Virus record (IMG/VR): IMGVR_UViG_3300033156_000775
Span: 43,030 to 107,029 of that record
Strand: one strand, 5' to 3'
Length of the DNA: 64,000 bases
Origin: a virus
Shown here: piece by piece, positions 40,300 through 51,593 of the stretch
How positions within the stretch are numbered: the first letter of the stretch is position 1
How the letters are laid out: each line of letters begins with the position of its first letter
The notes under the pieces: generated by a model
Database searches by the model: none
What the model was told of the DNA's origin: nothing
The model's input: only the letters and a program-made list of their open reading frames with translations
Program-made: the position numbers and the translations under genes

Positions 40300-40870
40300 T
40301 TGACTTTAACACTGAAAGAACGAATAGTGAACTACAAGAAGCAGTTTCCCAGATACACCCATGAGCTTGGAGTGTCATGGCGTATCTATGGGATATGGCA
40401 GATAGGAAACTACTATAGACGTAGACATGGGTACTATGGAGAGTATCCTCCATCCTATCTTAAACGAGTATATGCACTGTTCCCTGACAAGAATAGGATT
40501 CTACATTTATTCTCTGGTACAGTAAAGGATAGGGGAGTTACTTTTGACATTAATCCAGATCTGAATCCTGATGTTGTTGGTGACGTAAGAGAGATCAGGA
40601 AGCACTTTTCAGATGGCCAGTTTAACCTAATAATAGCTGACCCTCCATACGAGAGAAAGGACTTTGAAAGATATGGGGTACAAGCCATTTTCTAAGCAGA
40701 GGGTGGTTAGAGACCTGTGGTACATCACTGAGAAGGGAGGGTTCCTAGTATGGTTAGATGTCATTGTACCAATCTACTCAAAGGAGCAGTGGAGCTTAAG
40801 GGGAAATATATTGTTGCTAACTGGTACAAATAGACGAGTTAGAGTAGTTACCATATGGGAACGAGTCTAG
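40300..40870 (+). pseudogene. DPPY-type methyltransferase split by an extra base in the GGGG run near 40677
   Basis: YYGEYP, LHLFSG, ADPPY in 40300..40695; continuation in 40664..40870. Confidence 0.7.
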
Positions 40871-40944
40871 CTTTAGTAGTTCACCTCTAAAGCTTAAATA
40901 ATTGCTCTGTAGGAAAGCTGAGTTATCCATTTTAGACTGGAAGG

Positions 40945-42744
40945 ATGAGCATGGGTAACTCAGCTAGATCTAGGAAAAGAAGGAATAGAGCACCTATAGA
41001 TGAATACTTAGGGAACAATTCCTGGAGACTTAAAGAGAATGCTAATTTCAACAGGTCATTTAGTGGATTATTGTCTTACATAGCTGATAAGGAAATGGCC
41101 AGGTATGTCCTTTCCAGGATGCCTAAAGAGGCAGCTAAAGCTCATGTAAATGGGGACATTCACATCCACAACTTGAGTAGAGGAATAATTCCCTATTGTC
41201 ATGGAGGAAGCTTGCTATCTCTACTTGAAAAAGGACTGTTCTCCGGAGCTGTACATTCAAGGCCAGCTAGGCACTTTGACACAGCTATAGATCATATATC
41301 TAATTATTTTCTTATGGCCCAACAGGAGTTTGCTGGTGCCTTAGCCTTCAGCTCATTTAACACTCTCATAGCTCCATTTGTCCATTATGACAAGCTGTCC
41401 AGGAGAGAGGTTAAGCAAGGTGTTCAAAGGCTAATATACAATGCCAACTTCACTGTTAGAGCTGCTTTCCAGACTTTATTCACTAACTTGACTTTTGATG
41501 CTAGATGTCCACGTATGTTTAGAGATATCCCTGTAATGGTAGGAGGTAAGCCACAAGAGGACACATATGGGGACTTTGAGGAGGAAGCTAGGCTAATACT
41601 AGAAGTGTTCTCTGAAGTATTGTTAGAGAAAGATCCCAATGGAGTTCCATTTACCTTTCCTATTCCAACAATCAACATCGGAAAGGACTTCAGATGGGAC
41701 TTTAGATGTACAAGGAAGCTGGTTGAGTGCTCAGCTAAGCTTGGATCATGGTACTACATGAACTTTAGAGGCAGCAACATAGATGAGGACTCAGTCAGGG
41801 CTTTATGTTGTCATTTGAACTTAGATATCAAGAACCTACCTTCTAGAGGAGGATTCTGGAACTTTACTGATGGAACTGGAAGCTACGGTGTATGTACAAT
41901 TAATCTTCCAAGACTAGGCTACATATCTAAAGATGAGTCTCACTTTTATGAGAGGCTAGACAATATCCTGGACATTGTAAAGGCTCAGCTTATATGGAAG
42001 AGGGAAATGATCATTAGGACAATGAAGGCTGGACTTATGCCATTCATGGATTTCTATGACTTTACACTGGACAGATATTTTGCTACTATAGGTCTCATAG
42101 GCATAAATGAGATGGTCCTTAACCTTACAGGTGAGGATGTCTTGGAGAATAGACGACTAGTTAGGGATGTTGTCCAGTATGTTAAGGATAGGGCTAGGGA
42201 GTTCATGGATGAGACTGGAATGCTATGGAACGTGGAGCTAATACCTGGAGAGGGATCTAGCTATAGATTGGCCTTCATAGATAGGAAGAAGTACAGGAAC
42301 ATAGTTACTCTAGGCACTAGGGAAGCTCCATACTATAGTGCCTTGCTTGTTCCTCCAAGCTACAATGTAGACTTGATGGACAAGGTGATCTTTGAAGAGG
42401 AGATATTGCCTCTATTTGATGGAGGAGCTGTGTCTAGAACGTTCCTAGGAGAGACACCTGAAGCTGACATGGCTGCTAAGCTCCTGAGAATGCTGAGTAG
42501 CACTAAGCTACCGTACTTTGACCTTACACCTACATTCAGCATATGTCCAGTAGACGGTACGTTCCATCAGGGAGTAGTGGAGAAGTGTAGGGTATGTGGA
42601 CATGAGAATGACATATACTCTAGGGTTGTGGGGTACTATAGGCCTTTCAAGAAGTATAATGTAGGCAAGCTGCAGGAAGCTAAGGAAAGAGTCCTGTACA
42701 CCAGTGACACCCTTACAAGTGTAGTCCGGACTACACCCACCTGA
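40945..42744 (+). CDS. nrdD: Class III anaerobic ribonucleotide reductase
   Basis: HIHNL..PYC, FTFPIPT, LCCHL, TINLPR, SRVVGYY glycyl-radical loop. Confidence 0.95.
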   Translation: MSMGNSARSRKRRNRAPIDEYLGNNSWRLKENANFNRSFSGLLSYIADKEMARYVLSRMPKEAAKAHVNGDIHIHNLSRGIIPYCHGGSLLSLLEKGLFSGAVHSRPARHFDTAIDHISNYFLMAQQEFAGALAFSSFNTLIAPFVHYDKLSRREVKQGVQRLIYNANFTVRAAFQTLFTNLTFDARCPRMFRDIPVMVGGKPQEDTYGDFEEEARLILEVFSEVLLEKDPNGVPFTFPIPTINIGKDFRWDFRCTRKLVECSAKLGSWYYMNFRGSNIDEDSVRALCCHLNLDIKNLPSRGGFWNFTDGTGSYGVCTINLPRLGYISKDESHFYERLDNILDIVKAQLIWKREMIIRTMKAGLMPFMDFYDFTLDRYFATIGLIGINEMVLNLTGEDVLENRRLVRDVVQYVKDRAREFMDETGMLWNVELIPGEGSSYRLAFIDRKKYRNIVTLGTREAPYYSALLVPPSYNVDLMDKVIFEEEILPLFDGGAVSRTFLGETPEADMAAKLLRMLSSTKLPYFDLTPTFSICPVDGTFHQGVVEKCRVCGHENDIYSRVVGYYRPFKKYNVGKLQEAKERVLYTSDTLTSVVRTTPT

Positions 42745-42764
42745 AACACATAAGGTAGCTAGCA

Positions 42765-43094
42765 ATGAATTTGACAGTCCTGGGGATGGTCATTGGAGCC
42801 TTGATATGTGCAGTGTGGAGAGTGAAATTCAGCAGCATTGAAGCTCTTTACATATTGAGGACTCTACTTAAGGCTCTTGAACACTACCATCATGGACTCC
42901 TTCTAGTCATCGTTTCTAGCTTTGTTGCTTCTCCCAGCCTGTCATCCTTCATATTTGGCCTAGGGTCTTACCTGATTATTGATGAGGCCAATCAGGATAC
43001 TCCATTTGCATATGGGAAGGACACCTTTAAGGCTTCCACATCCATAGGAGTCATACTTGTAGTTATTTGGATAGTGTGTCTCTTTATAGTTTAA
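42765..43094 (+). CDS. Membrane protein
   Basis: Multiple TM; EHYHHG. Confidence 0.55.
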   Translation: MNLTVLGMVIGALICAVWRVKFSSIEALYILRTLLKALEHYHHGLLLVIVSSFVASPSLSSFIFGLGSYLIIDEANQDTPFAYGKDTFKASTSIGVILVVIWIVCLFIV

Positions 43095-43131
43095 ACTTAT
43101 TAATCTTCTACTTCAGGAGAAGTGATATGCT

Positions 43132-43911
43132 TTGAAACTATTTTATTATTTGATGCAGGGAGATTGCTCAGAAGCTCTCTCTAAGATTGATGATGACTCA
43201 GTAAACCTGGCAGTTACAAGTCCTCCATACAACGTAGGCATAGATTATGGAGTCTACAAGGACAATCTAGAATGGGAAGAGTATTATGACTGGTGTGAGA
43301 AATGGATGAGGGAGATTTATAGAGTTCTCAGACCGGATGGAAGATTCTGCTTAAATCACTATCTCAGCTTAGGTACTAGCAAAGCAAGGTCAAGTCCAAT
43401 TTTAGAGCTCCACTGCCTATCTAGGAGAATAGGCTTTAAACACCATGCATTGGTGATATGGGAAGAAAGAACGAGATCGAAATACACAGCTTGGGGAAGC
43501 TGGCTAAGTGCTTCTGCCCCATACATTAACTCTCCATATGAAGGCATACTAGTTCTGTACAAGGATCAATGGAAAAGAGCTGATAAAGGTAAGAGCACAA
43601 TTTCTAAGGAAGAGTTTCTTGAAGGAGTTTCAGGAGTATGGAAACTAGGACCAGATAAGCTACGTTTGACTCCAGCTACCTTTCCAGAATCTCTACCTAA
43701 GAGATGTATAAGCCTATTGACTTTTGAAGGTGATGTTGTTTTAGATCCGTTTATGGGATCTGGCACTACAATGAAAGCTGCTCAGGATCTTAAACGGAGC
43801 TGCATTGGGATTGAAATAAACCCGGAATATTGCAAGGTCATTAGGAGAAGGTGCTTCGGTAAGCTGTTTCTGGACTACGAGGCTGAATATAAATTCGAGA
43901 TCTTTAAATGA
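43132..43911 (+). CDS. Beta-class N4/N6 DNA methyltransferase
   Basis: TSPPYN, RVLRPDG, VLDPFMGSGTT, GIEIN. Confidence 0.93.
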   Translation: MKLFYYLMQGDCSEALSKIDDDSVNLAVTSPPYNVGIDYGVYKDNLEWEEYYDWCEKWMREIYRVLRPDGRFCLNHYLSLGTSKARSSPILELHCLSRRIGFKHHALVIWEERTRSKYTAWGSWLSASAPYINSPYEGILVLYKDQWKRADKGKSTISKEEFLEGVSGVWKLGPDKLRLTPATFPESLPKRCISLLTFEGDVVLDPFMGSGTTMKAAQDLKRSCIGIEINPEYCKVIRRRCFGKLFLDYEAEYKFEIFK

Positions 43912-44200
43912 AAGAGAAAGTTCTAGATCTGTAAAGAGCTAACATGGAAGTTGAAGTATGAGATATTACTACAGACCAAAAGTTAGATGCTCCATATGTG
44001 GAAACATAGATGAGGGTACCTGCTAGAGATTGACCTATGGATCTTTACACTGGAAAGAGGACTATGTGAATCCTGTCTTTAGCAGAATGTTTAAGGGACT
44101 ACATAAGAAGCTAAAGAAATAATATTTCACTCTTGAGTGAAGATCCTTATCCTTGGAAGTGAAAGCTTTCACTATACAGCACTTCTTTGGAGGTATTCTC

Positions 44201-44566
44201 ATGGAAATATTAGAGGAGTATAATCCTAGAACTATATGGTCAGCTAGACAGGACAATCCAGAGCTTATAGTACAGGACCTCAAGAAGGCCTTTGACTTAA
44301 ATGAGGAGCAATGTGAAATAGTCAGGAAGATACTTTTATACAGAGGGGTCAACAAGTGGTTCTATGCTAGGAGACTATTTATCAAGCTAAAGCATGAGGT
44401 AAAGGAGATGCTAAAGGCAGATCCTAGAAACAAGACGCTACAGTATATAAATGAGAAGATGCAGAACATAGCTAAGCTACCTAGATGGGTTGAGTTTCCA
44501 CATACCACCACTCATAACTGGAGAAACATTGAGAAGCAAATAGTAATCAAGGGTAAACACTGCTAA
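44201..44566 (+). CDS. Hypothetical protein
   Basis: GGAGGT SD before ATG 44201. Confidence 0.5.
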   Translation: MEILEEYNPRTIWSARQDNPELIVQDLKKAFDLNEEQCEIVRKILLYRGVNKWFYARRLFIKLKHEVKEMLKADPRNKTLQYINEKMQNIAKLPRWVEFPHTTTHNWRNIEKQIVIKGKHC

Positions 44567-44856
44567 GATCACTTGTGGACTGGTAGATCAGTCTGGAATG
44601 ATCAAATTCCCTGAGTCCATATATTAATTCCAGACTTTGGAAACACAAAGCTTTATGTAGGAAGCTATGAGAAAAGAATAGATTGATATAGGATGCTTAG
44701 AGAACGTTGTGCTAATCCATTTAAGAGATCTAAATGTGGGAATAGTGACATAGTCCTCTACATCTGGTATAAGGGGAGACGATACCCTATTTGTAGTAAA
44801 TGTTGGGAGAAGATAGCTAAATCTAAGATTGAATGGAGCTATGAGAGGTCATAAAT

Positions 44857-45534
44857 TTGGAGATTGCTTATATCCAGTCTATCAGCCTAATAGATTTCCC
44901 AGATACATTATCAGCTATAGTCTTCACTCAGGGATGCAATTTTTACTGTCCCTATTGTCAAAATCCTGATCTCATAAGAATCTCTAGAGGTAAGTTGTCA
45001 GGAATTGATGCTCTCAAGTACTTATCTAGGATCTCAGATAAGATAGAGGGAGTTTCAATCACTGGAGGAGAGCCTACCATACAGAAAGACCTTATCAGCT
45101 TCTGTAGAGCTATTAAAGACCTAGGTTTGAAGGTTAAGATCGATACTAATGGAAGCAATCCTAAGATGATTAGAGAGCTTCTTGATAGAGATATATTAGA
45201 TTATATTGCTATGGACTTTAAAGCTCCATTATCTAAGTATCAGGAAGTCACTAGGTCAAATGTTAAGCCAGATAGAATTCTAGAGTCAGCTAGAGCCATA
45301 ATGGACTTTAGCATCCCATATGAGTTTAGAACTACAGTTGCTAAGGAGCTCCTCACCTTAGACGACATAGTTGAAATCTCCAAAATCTTAAAAGGTGCTA
45401 GACTATATGTAGTCCAGAAGGTACGATCCATCAAGACTCTTAGTCATATTCCATTCACTCCATACTCTGACAGTGAGATCGAATCGATCAGGGATACTGT
45501 TCTCAATTATGTAAAGTCTTTCCTAGTTAGGTGA
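44857..45534 (+). CDS. nrdG: Radical-SAM RNR activase
   Basis: GCNFYCPYCQN, TGGEPT, DTNGS, MDFKAP. Confidence 0.92.
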   Translation: MEIAYIQSISLIDFPDTLSAIVFTQGCNFYCPYCQNPDLIRISRGKLSGIDALKYLSRISDKIEGVSITGGEPTIQKDLISFCRAIKDLGLKVKIDTNGSNPKMIRELLDRDILDYIAMDFKAPLSKYQEVTRSNVKPDRILESARAIMDFSIPYEFRTTVAKELLTLDDIVEISKILKGARLYVVQKVRSIKTLSHIPFTPYSDSEIESIRDTVLNYVKSFLVR

Positions 45535-45612
45535 AAGTGTAGTGTAGTCCGGACTACACATATTAAGCTTTAAATTTCAGATTGCTTCCTCTCTTATCAT
45601 GGTGTATCAACA

Positions 45613-45830
45613 TTGTCTGATGATAGGGGAAATGATCCTGACCTAACATTGGAAATTGTACAGAGGCTTTCAAGAGTAGAGACAAAGGTAGATGTGCTGT
45701 GCCAGGACTTCAAGGACTTTAAGAATTCATATAGATCCTTTAAGTCTGAGCGGCTATTGCAGTTGCCCTTATCTCGTCCGTTGGACTTGTGATTCAAAAG
45801 ATCATAGAGATTATACCTGTATTAATATAA
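45613..45830 (+). pseudogene. Coiled-coil plus TM (XhlA/holin-like) micro-gene, frameshifted near 45750
   Basis: QRLSRVETKVD in one frame, AAIAVALISSVGLVI in another; flanked by two palindromes. Confidence 0.4.
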
Positions 45831-45848
45831 AGTGTAGTCCGGACTACA

Positions 45849-46256
45849 TTGAGAGAGGTGAAACACTTGGGAACAAAGGATCTAGTTTATCAATACTTAA
45901 AATCTAAAGGATGCTCCTTCATTTCTGAAATTAAGAGGGATCTTTCTCTTCCATCTTATATGATATTTAAAGCTCTAAAAAGTCTTGAAAGAGACGGACT
46001 TGTACAGAAGTTTCCAGTAAACTTTTCTAAAGCTAGACACATAGGCCAGATTAGGTTATTTGGTAGAAGAATTGGAAAGTACCTTTACTATACAGACAGA
46101 GAGAGCTTAATTTCTTTCCTCTCTAGGAATTTAAACCCCAAAGTATTTAGGCCCAAAGTCTCTCCAAAGCTATTCTTTCCTGCCTTGACACTTGAAGAGT
46201 CAAGGACAATACATTATTATATTAAATCTCTAAGAAGTTTAGAATGCATTTCGTAA
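45849..46256 (+). CDS. Winged-helix protein
   Basis: ISEIKRDLSL...ALKSLERDGLV. Confidence 0.65.
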   Translation: MREVKHLGTKDLVYQYLKSKGCSFISEIKRDLSLPSYMIFKALKSLERDGLVQKFPVNFSKARHIGQIRLFGRRIGKYLYYTDRESLISFLSRNLNPKVFRPKVSPKLFFPALTLEESRTIHYYIKSLRSLECIS

Positions 46257-46313
46257 TACTTAAAAAATAGACTGCTTTCTCAGCTCCAAACTAGAAAAAA
46301 GAGTTGACATGGT

Positions 46314-47315
46314 TTGGAGCGTACATCTATATTTACTTCTCTAGGTAAGACAGTTGATGAGATCAAGTCCATTATAGAGGACAAGCAACCTTTGCAGGTG
46401 ATATACCATGATGATGCTGATGGCCTAGCTTCAATAGCTCTTATAAGGTCGATATTTGATGTAGAGGAGTCTAGCAAGTTCCCCTATAGCCCAGAGATAT
46501 TTGGAGCTTACAAGGAAGGAGACCTAGCTGTAGACATTGGACAGCCATTGTTCAAGGAATATTCAGGTGTGGTAATAGACCACCATGACCATCCTAATCC
46601 CTGGTACCCATTAATTTGGAGTTCAGTACCAACTGGTCTAATAATCTACAGGGTCTTTAAGGACAGGATACCAGATGACAAGGTGTTCCTAGTTGTCCTG
46701 AGCTGTCAGGGAGATGGACAGCCAGAGCTAATTCCTGATGAGATATGGGACAAGCTATGGGACACATTATGGGAACACAGAGGAAGCCTGTATAAGGAGA
46801 GGTATGGCAGAGGACTTAATGTCTATTCCTACCCATTATTTTCTCTAGTAGCTAGTCCGGTTAACAGCCTATGTAGGACAGGTCATGTCACAGATGCATA
46901 TAAGCTTGTGACAAGAGCTAGGAGTCTCCATGATATTGTTAACAGTGCTCTAGGGGAAACTGAACGTCAAGCTGTGCAGGAGGAAGAAAGCAGAACATTG
47001 GATCCACGTAGCCCACTGAAGATACAGGTAGTGGACGATGTGTTTGGTCTAGTCATGTTTAGGAGTAGATATAACATTGGGAGCAGAATAGCTGCTAGTG
47101 TTCTTAGTAAGAATCCATATCTGACTGTCCTAGCTCTCAACTTGACAACCAACTCAATGAGCATCAGAGGTATACTTGCCAAGTACGTGGCCAACAAGTT
47201 GAGGAAGCTAGGCTTCCATGCTGGGGGACATGCAGGATACTGTGGAGGTGTACTTCTTAAAGGACAAACTCCAGATCACCTCCTAGAGGCACTACGCAAG
47301 ATTAGAAGGGTATGA
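46314..47315 (+). CDS. DHH-family phosphoesterase (RecJ/NrnA-like)
   Basis: YHDDADG, AVD, IDHHD, AGGHAG. Confidence 0.88.
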   Translation: MERTSIFTSLGKTVDEIKSIIEDKQPLQVIYHDDADGLASIALIRSIFDVEESSKFPYSPEIFGAYKEGDLAVDIGQPLFKEYSGVVIDHHDHPNPWYPLIWSSVPTGLIIYRVFKDRIPDDKVFLVVLSCQGDGQPELIPDEIWDKLWDTLWEHRGSLYKERYGRGLNVYSYPLFSLVASPVNSLCRTGHVTDAYKLVTRARSLHDIVNSALGETERQAVQEEESRTLDPRSPLKIQVVDDVFGLVMFRSRYNIGSRIAASVLSKNPYLTVLALNLTTNSMSIRGILAKYVANKLRKLGFHAGGHAGYCGGVLLKGQTPDHLLEALRKIRRV

Positions 47316-47483
47316 TGAGGATGGAATTTGTAAGTGAAAGGAAAGTGTATTGTCCAAGGTGTGGTAGGTCCAGAGGAGTTGTCTTGTGGAAAGAGACTAT
47401 TAAAGACTCTACCTGGTACTATATCACCTGTAAGCATTGTCACTTGATATTTAGGATAGTAAATCTGGGAGTGTGGAGTGGAT

Positions 47484-48500
47484 ATGTCTGAATGGAAGAA
47501 CTTGGCTATTCCCTCAGAAGAAATTGAGGATGTAGCGTACTTTGTATATAGGAAGGGAACTAGAGTAGTCAAGAACATAGCTCTCAAGACCACTAGAGAA
47601 GTTATATTTCTTAACAGCCAGAGAGCTAGGAGACAGTTCCTTAACCATCTGGGTCTACCATTCCTGGACACTGAGCGTATCTATGACTATAGAGAGAGAA
47701 ACAGAGTTGTTAAGGAGGCCATAGAGAAGAGGTCTCGTCTTGAACGCTCAGGTAGAGCTTCAAAGCTGCTGTTTAGATGTAGGGAGCATCCTAGGTATGG
47801 TCTCCAAGCCTGGAGTGTAGTTACTGAGGAGTATGTTGAGATCCCAGTACCTGAAGCTAGGGACATGGCATTCAACATCCTAGAGAAGGTGGTTGGAGGA
47901 TACAAGCTTGAGCATTCATGGGACTCAGGGTCAGCATGGTACTACAGGGTTATCCTATACAAGGAAGATAAGCCATTAAAGGTAGGGGATATAGCCATCT
48001 GTGGGCTAGTATTCAAAATAGGATACTCAGGAGATAAGTCCCTAGCAGTGTATCCATACTGGAAGATCCTGTCATGTCTAAATGGACTGATGTCCCACCA
48101 TTCAATTCAGATCTATAGGGGAATACATAGAGGAGATAAAGAGAAGATACTGTCAAGGTTTAGATATGCCATCTATGAGGCTCTGGACAAGCTAATGGAG
48201 CTAGCTCCAATAATCGATAAGGCTAAGTCTCCAATTTCTGAAGCTGAAGAACGAGCTATGCTAGAGAAAGTGCTACGTAAGTACCCCCAGCATGTTCAGG
48301 AAAAAATATGGTATTTACTACGTTCAAAGTATAGGGATGAGACTGGAGTGTACAAGCTGTCACAAGCATTGTCTGATGTAGCCTCACATGGAATAGGGAT
48401 TACTGATAGATATGCTCAGGAGCTGTCTAAAGATGCCTATAGACTTATAACCCGGTGTAGTCCGGACTACACAGAAATAAAAGGAAATGGTAGAGAATGA
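47484..48500 (+). CDS. DUF932-like protein
   Basis: GDKSL...SCLNGLM...H motif. Confidence 0.6.
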   Translation: MSEWKNLAIPSEEIEDVAYFVYRKGTRVVKNIALKTTREVIFLNSQRARRQFLNHLGLPFLDTERIYDYRERNRVVKEAIEKRSRLERSGRASKLLFRCREHPRYGLQAWSVVTEEYVEIPVPEARDMAFNILEKVVGGYKLEHSWDSGSAWYYRVILYKEDKPLKVGDIAICGLVFKIGYSGDKSLAVYPYWKILSCLNGLMSHHSIQIYRGIHRGDKEKILSRFRYAIYEALDKLMELAPIIDKAKSPISEAEERAMLEKVLRKYPQHVQEKIWYLLRSKYRDETGVYKLSQALSDVASHGIGITDRYAQELSKDAYRLITRCSPDYTEIKGNGRE

Positions 48501-49354
48501 GTAACGATACAGTTTGGGTAGTCCTTGAAGCTAAAGACACTAGTTCTCTTCTATATGAAATAGAAGGAAAGGAGCTTGAATGGCACCAGAAGTATGGACG
48601 GGACAAGTGTAAGTTTGGCAGTCAATGTGTCCACTGTTGTCCGATTTGCTGTTGCATAATCGAAGATATCAAGGATGAAGAAGGGAGGCTAATCGGCTTT
48701 AGACTTATGGGAATGAGGTTTGAACCGAAGAAGGAGGAGAAATAATGCTGATTACTAGCAGAGAAGTCTCAGTAGATGTAGAGGGAGACAGTGTACAGGA
48801 GTGTATAAGGAACTTCTTTAGGCCAGATGGACAGGTAATTCCCTTCAGAATAGTTCCTAGCTTGTATAATTTAGGACTAATAAATGGGCAGGTTGCCGTA
48901 GCCAATCTGCTTAGGACAATATTTGGATCTGACACTCCAATAGGATCAGCCATAATTGAGGCTAGATCTATCCTTAAGCAGTTAGCTGAAGAGGACAGAT
49001 GGATGACAGACTGGAATAGGAAGTGAGAACATGGATATGGAGAACAAAAGCTTTGATATCCTTGTTCCAATTAATGTGGAAAGGTCTAAGCATATTATAA
49101 TTACCCTGCTTCCAGAAGCTGTAAAAGATATCTTTGATGAAATTGTTAAGATGAGAACTAGAGGGCTAGATGTTACTGGAGTCATAGTAAATGAAAAAGC
49201 ATTTACCACTAAGTCCTCATATGCTGATTTCCATAGGGTGCTGGAAAGGTTCAATCAGAGAATGATAGGTACAATATTTGGATGCAAAGTATTCCTGTAC
49301 TTGGGAGCTCCAAGGGTATTTGCAATTGGAGAATAAAATGGAGGACATTATAGC

Positions 49355-50038
49355 TTGACAATTATTATGGATAGCAATGAAGCTTCAGAAGCTCCAGCAA
49401 TAAAGCAGAAGCTTAGGGAAAGAGGGATTAGAGTAGAAGTCCAGCATCTAGAGGTAGGAGACTACATTATTGGAGGACTATGTGTAGAGAGAAAGGACAT
49501 TGATGACTTCATAGCTTCAGTGAATGACAGGAACAACCGTTACTGGAACCAGCTGTATAATATGAAGCTTAATTATGACAGGAGAATTCTATATGTGGTT
49601 GGACAGTATCCTAGAAGGGTACCTAAGTATAAGAACAGACCATTCCTCCTACATGACTTCATGGTTTGGGTGTCATGTACATCATACTATTCATATCAGG
49701 TTCCTGTAATCCATGTCTTTACTTTAGATGAGTTCATAGACCATCTAGTCTGCTACCACAACAGATATGGCAAACTAGGTAAGTCTATTAGACCACTAAG
49801 AGCTAAGAAGGTTAAGCGGACTACATTTCAGATCTGCAGTGACATATATTCCATGTTCCCTGGTATTGGAAGACAGGTAGCTGATGAGCTTGCTAGGGAA
49901 TATTCACTACATAAGTTTTTTAATATGGACAGAGATCTAATGTCCAAAGTCAAAGTTGGGAAGCGTAGGTTAGGCATTAGGGGAGAACGTATGTATGACA
50001 TTATCCATTACGATCATAAATTAGAAGAGGTGAAGTGA
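49355..50038 (+). CDS. ERCC4/XPF (Hef-like) nuclease with HhH
   Basis: DSNE, GDY, VERKxxxDF, FPGIG. Confidence 0.9.
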   Translation: MTIIMDSNEASEAPAIKQKLRERGIRVEVQHLEVGDYIIGGLCVERKDIDDFIASVNDRNNRYWNQLYNMKLNYDRRILYVVGQYPRRVPKYKNRPFLLHDFMVWVSCTSYYSYQVPVIHVFTLDEFIDHLVCYHNRYGKLGKSIRPLRAKKVKRTTFQICSDIYSMFPGIGRQVADELAREYSLHKFFNMDRDLMSKVKVGKRRLGIRGERMYDIIHYDHKLEEVK

Positions 50039-50384
50039 AATTGGATTTGGAAAAGTCTGAAGTAAGTAGATCTGAAAAAGAACCAGTCCTAAGAGACTCG
50101 TTTACAAATCTACTAGAAATGTTAGACATCATAGACGATATTTGGGAAAGGATAGATCTCCTCCATGCTATGATGGATGTTAGCTTTGAGGAGTGGGAGC
50201 CTAAACCGTCAGCTAGACCTGTCCATGAAAAGAACTTTAGATTTGGAATGTACAGTCTATCTAACTTCATACAATGTCAACTTGTAGAGATAAAGCTGAG
50301 TCTGGACAATCTGATCTCTAAATTTGTTACAGAAAAACCTCAGGCACATGAATCATGTTAACAAAAATAAAGGAGGAATGAGAC

Positions 50385-51377
50385 ATGAGTAATGTTCCGA
50401 ATGAATATGTAGAGAAAATAAGGAAGTGGGCTGAGAAATACGCTATACCGTTAGGAGAGCTGGAAACAGAGCTTACTGAGAACTATGCTAGTGTCACAGA
50501 GGAGCATCCTAGCTACTCTGATGGTAGAAAGTGGAAAATAGCCTACAAGAGGCTAAGGGCTAGGATAATCAGTGAAGAGGAAGCTCCATTCAGTCCAGCT
50601 GTCATGTACACAGCCATGTTCTGTGGAGCTGAGAAGCTTAAGAACTCTATAGACCAGAAGAAAGCCAGGATACTAAGAATGTCCAAGGCAGATCAGCTAA
50701 GATACCATCCGGACGAGGACACATGGATAGATCCTAACACTGGAGAGGCCATAGATGACAGCACACCAGTATGGGTAAGGACATTCTATGGTATAGGTAA
50801 TGCAGGTGGAGACCTAGATCCGGCTAGAGCTGCATTCCTAAAGCTAGAGGCATGGAGAGACCAAGCACAATCAATTGAATATGATCCATATACTGTCTAT
50901 AAGTTCAGAGCTGTAAGTAAAGCTCAGAAGGCATCTAAGGATTGGTATTTAGGGGCTACCACAGCCACCAAGCTAAGACCCCATTCTAAACAGCTAGGTG
51001 AAGAAGAGCTAGTAGATTTCCTAACAAAGCTAGTGGAGAACCGTCAGCTGAAGCTCTTCAAGAGCAAAAGGGACATATTGACACTAGCTAAGACATGGGA
51101 AGGCTTCCAGGATCCAGTGTTCATTGAAGCTGAGGTTGGAAGGATAAGGATGAGGGAGAACAGTGACTCCAATGTGGTGGATCTACTGGACATTGATGAG
51201 GAGGGAGGAGCCATTATGCAGGCATATGTACCTAAGTATCTGGAGATAGACTTCACTGAGGGACAGGATGTGCTGTTCCTAGCTACATTTGGAGAGATAA
51301 CATTCCGTACTGGGAGGTCTAGGCTAGCAGCGTTTGTACGTGGATTCATCAGTCTACCAGAGGGAATTGAGATATAG
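50385..51377 (+). CDS. Putative OB-fold ssDNA-binding protein
   Basis: Beta-rich C-terminal OB-like pattern; replication context. Confidence 0.45.
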   Translation: MSNVPNEYVEKIRKWAEKYAIPLGELETELTENYASVTEEHPSYSDGRKWKIAYKRLRARIISEEEAPFSPAVMYTAMFCGAEKLKNSIDQKKARILRMSKADQLRYHPDEDTWIDPNTGEAIDDSTPVWVRTFYGIGNAGGDLDPARAAFLKLEAWRDQAQSIEYDPYTVYKFRAVSKAQKASKDWYLGATTATKLRPHSKQLGEEELVDFLTKLVENRQLKLFKSKRDILTLAKTWEGFQDPVFIEAEVGRIRMRENSDSNVVDLLDIDEEGGAIMQAYVPKYLEIDFTEGQDVLFLATFGEITFRTGRSRLAAFVRGFISLPEGIEI

Positions 51378-51593
51378 TGTAGTCCGGACTACACAATATG
51401 GAGGAGAGATGTTGAGTACACCTGAAAAATGTCCACTGATCAAAACATGTAAAGAGAAGGTACCCAAAGACATCTTTGAAGACATATGTATGACTCCTGG
51501 ATGGATTTACTGTGAAAGTGCAGTTGAGGAAGCTAAGAAACACTTCAAGCTCCCTAGAGAATGGATGAAAGAGTATGAGGAGGAGATGGAGTA

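Noticed and set aside
46502-46514. GGAGCTTACA match inside the DHH gene as a seventh RNA unit
   Set aside because: Coding context with no complementary AGCTCC stem or outer helix nearby
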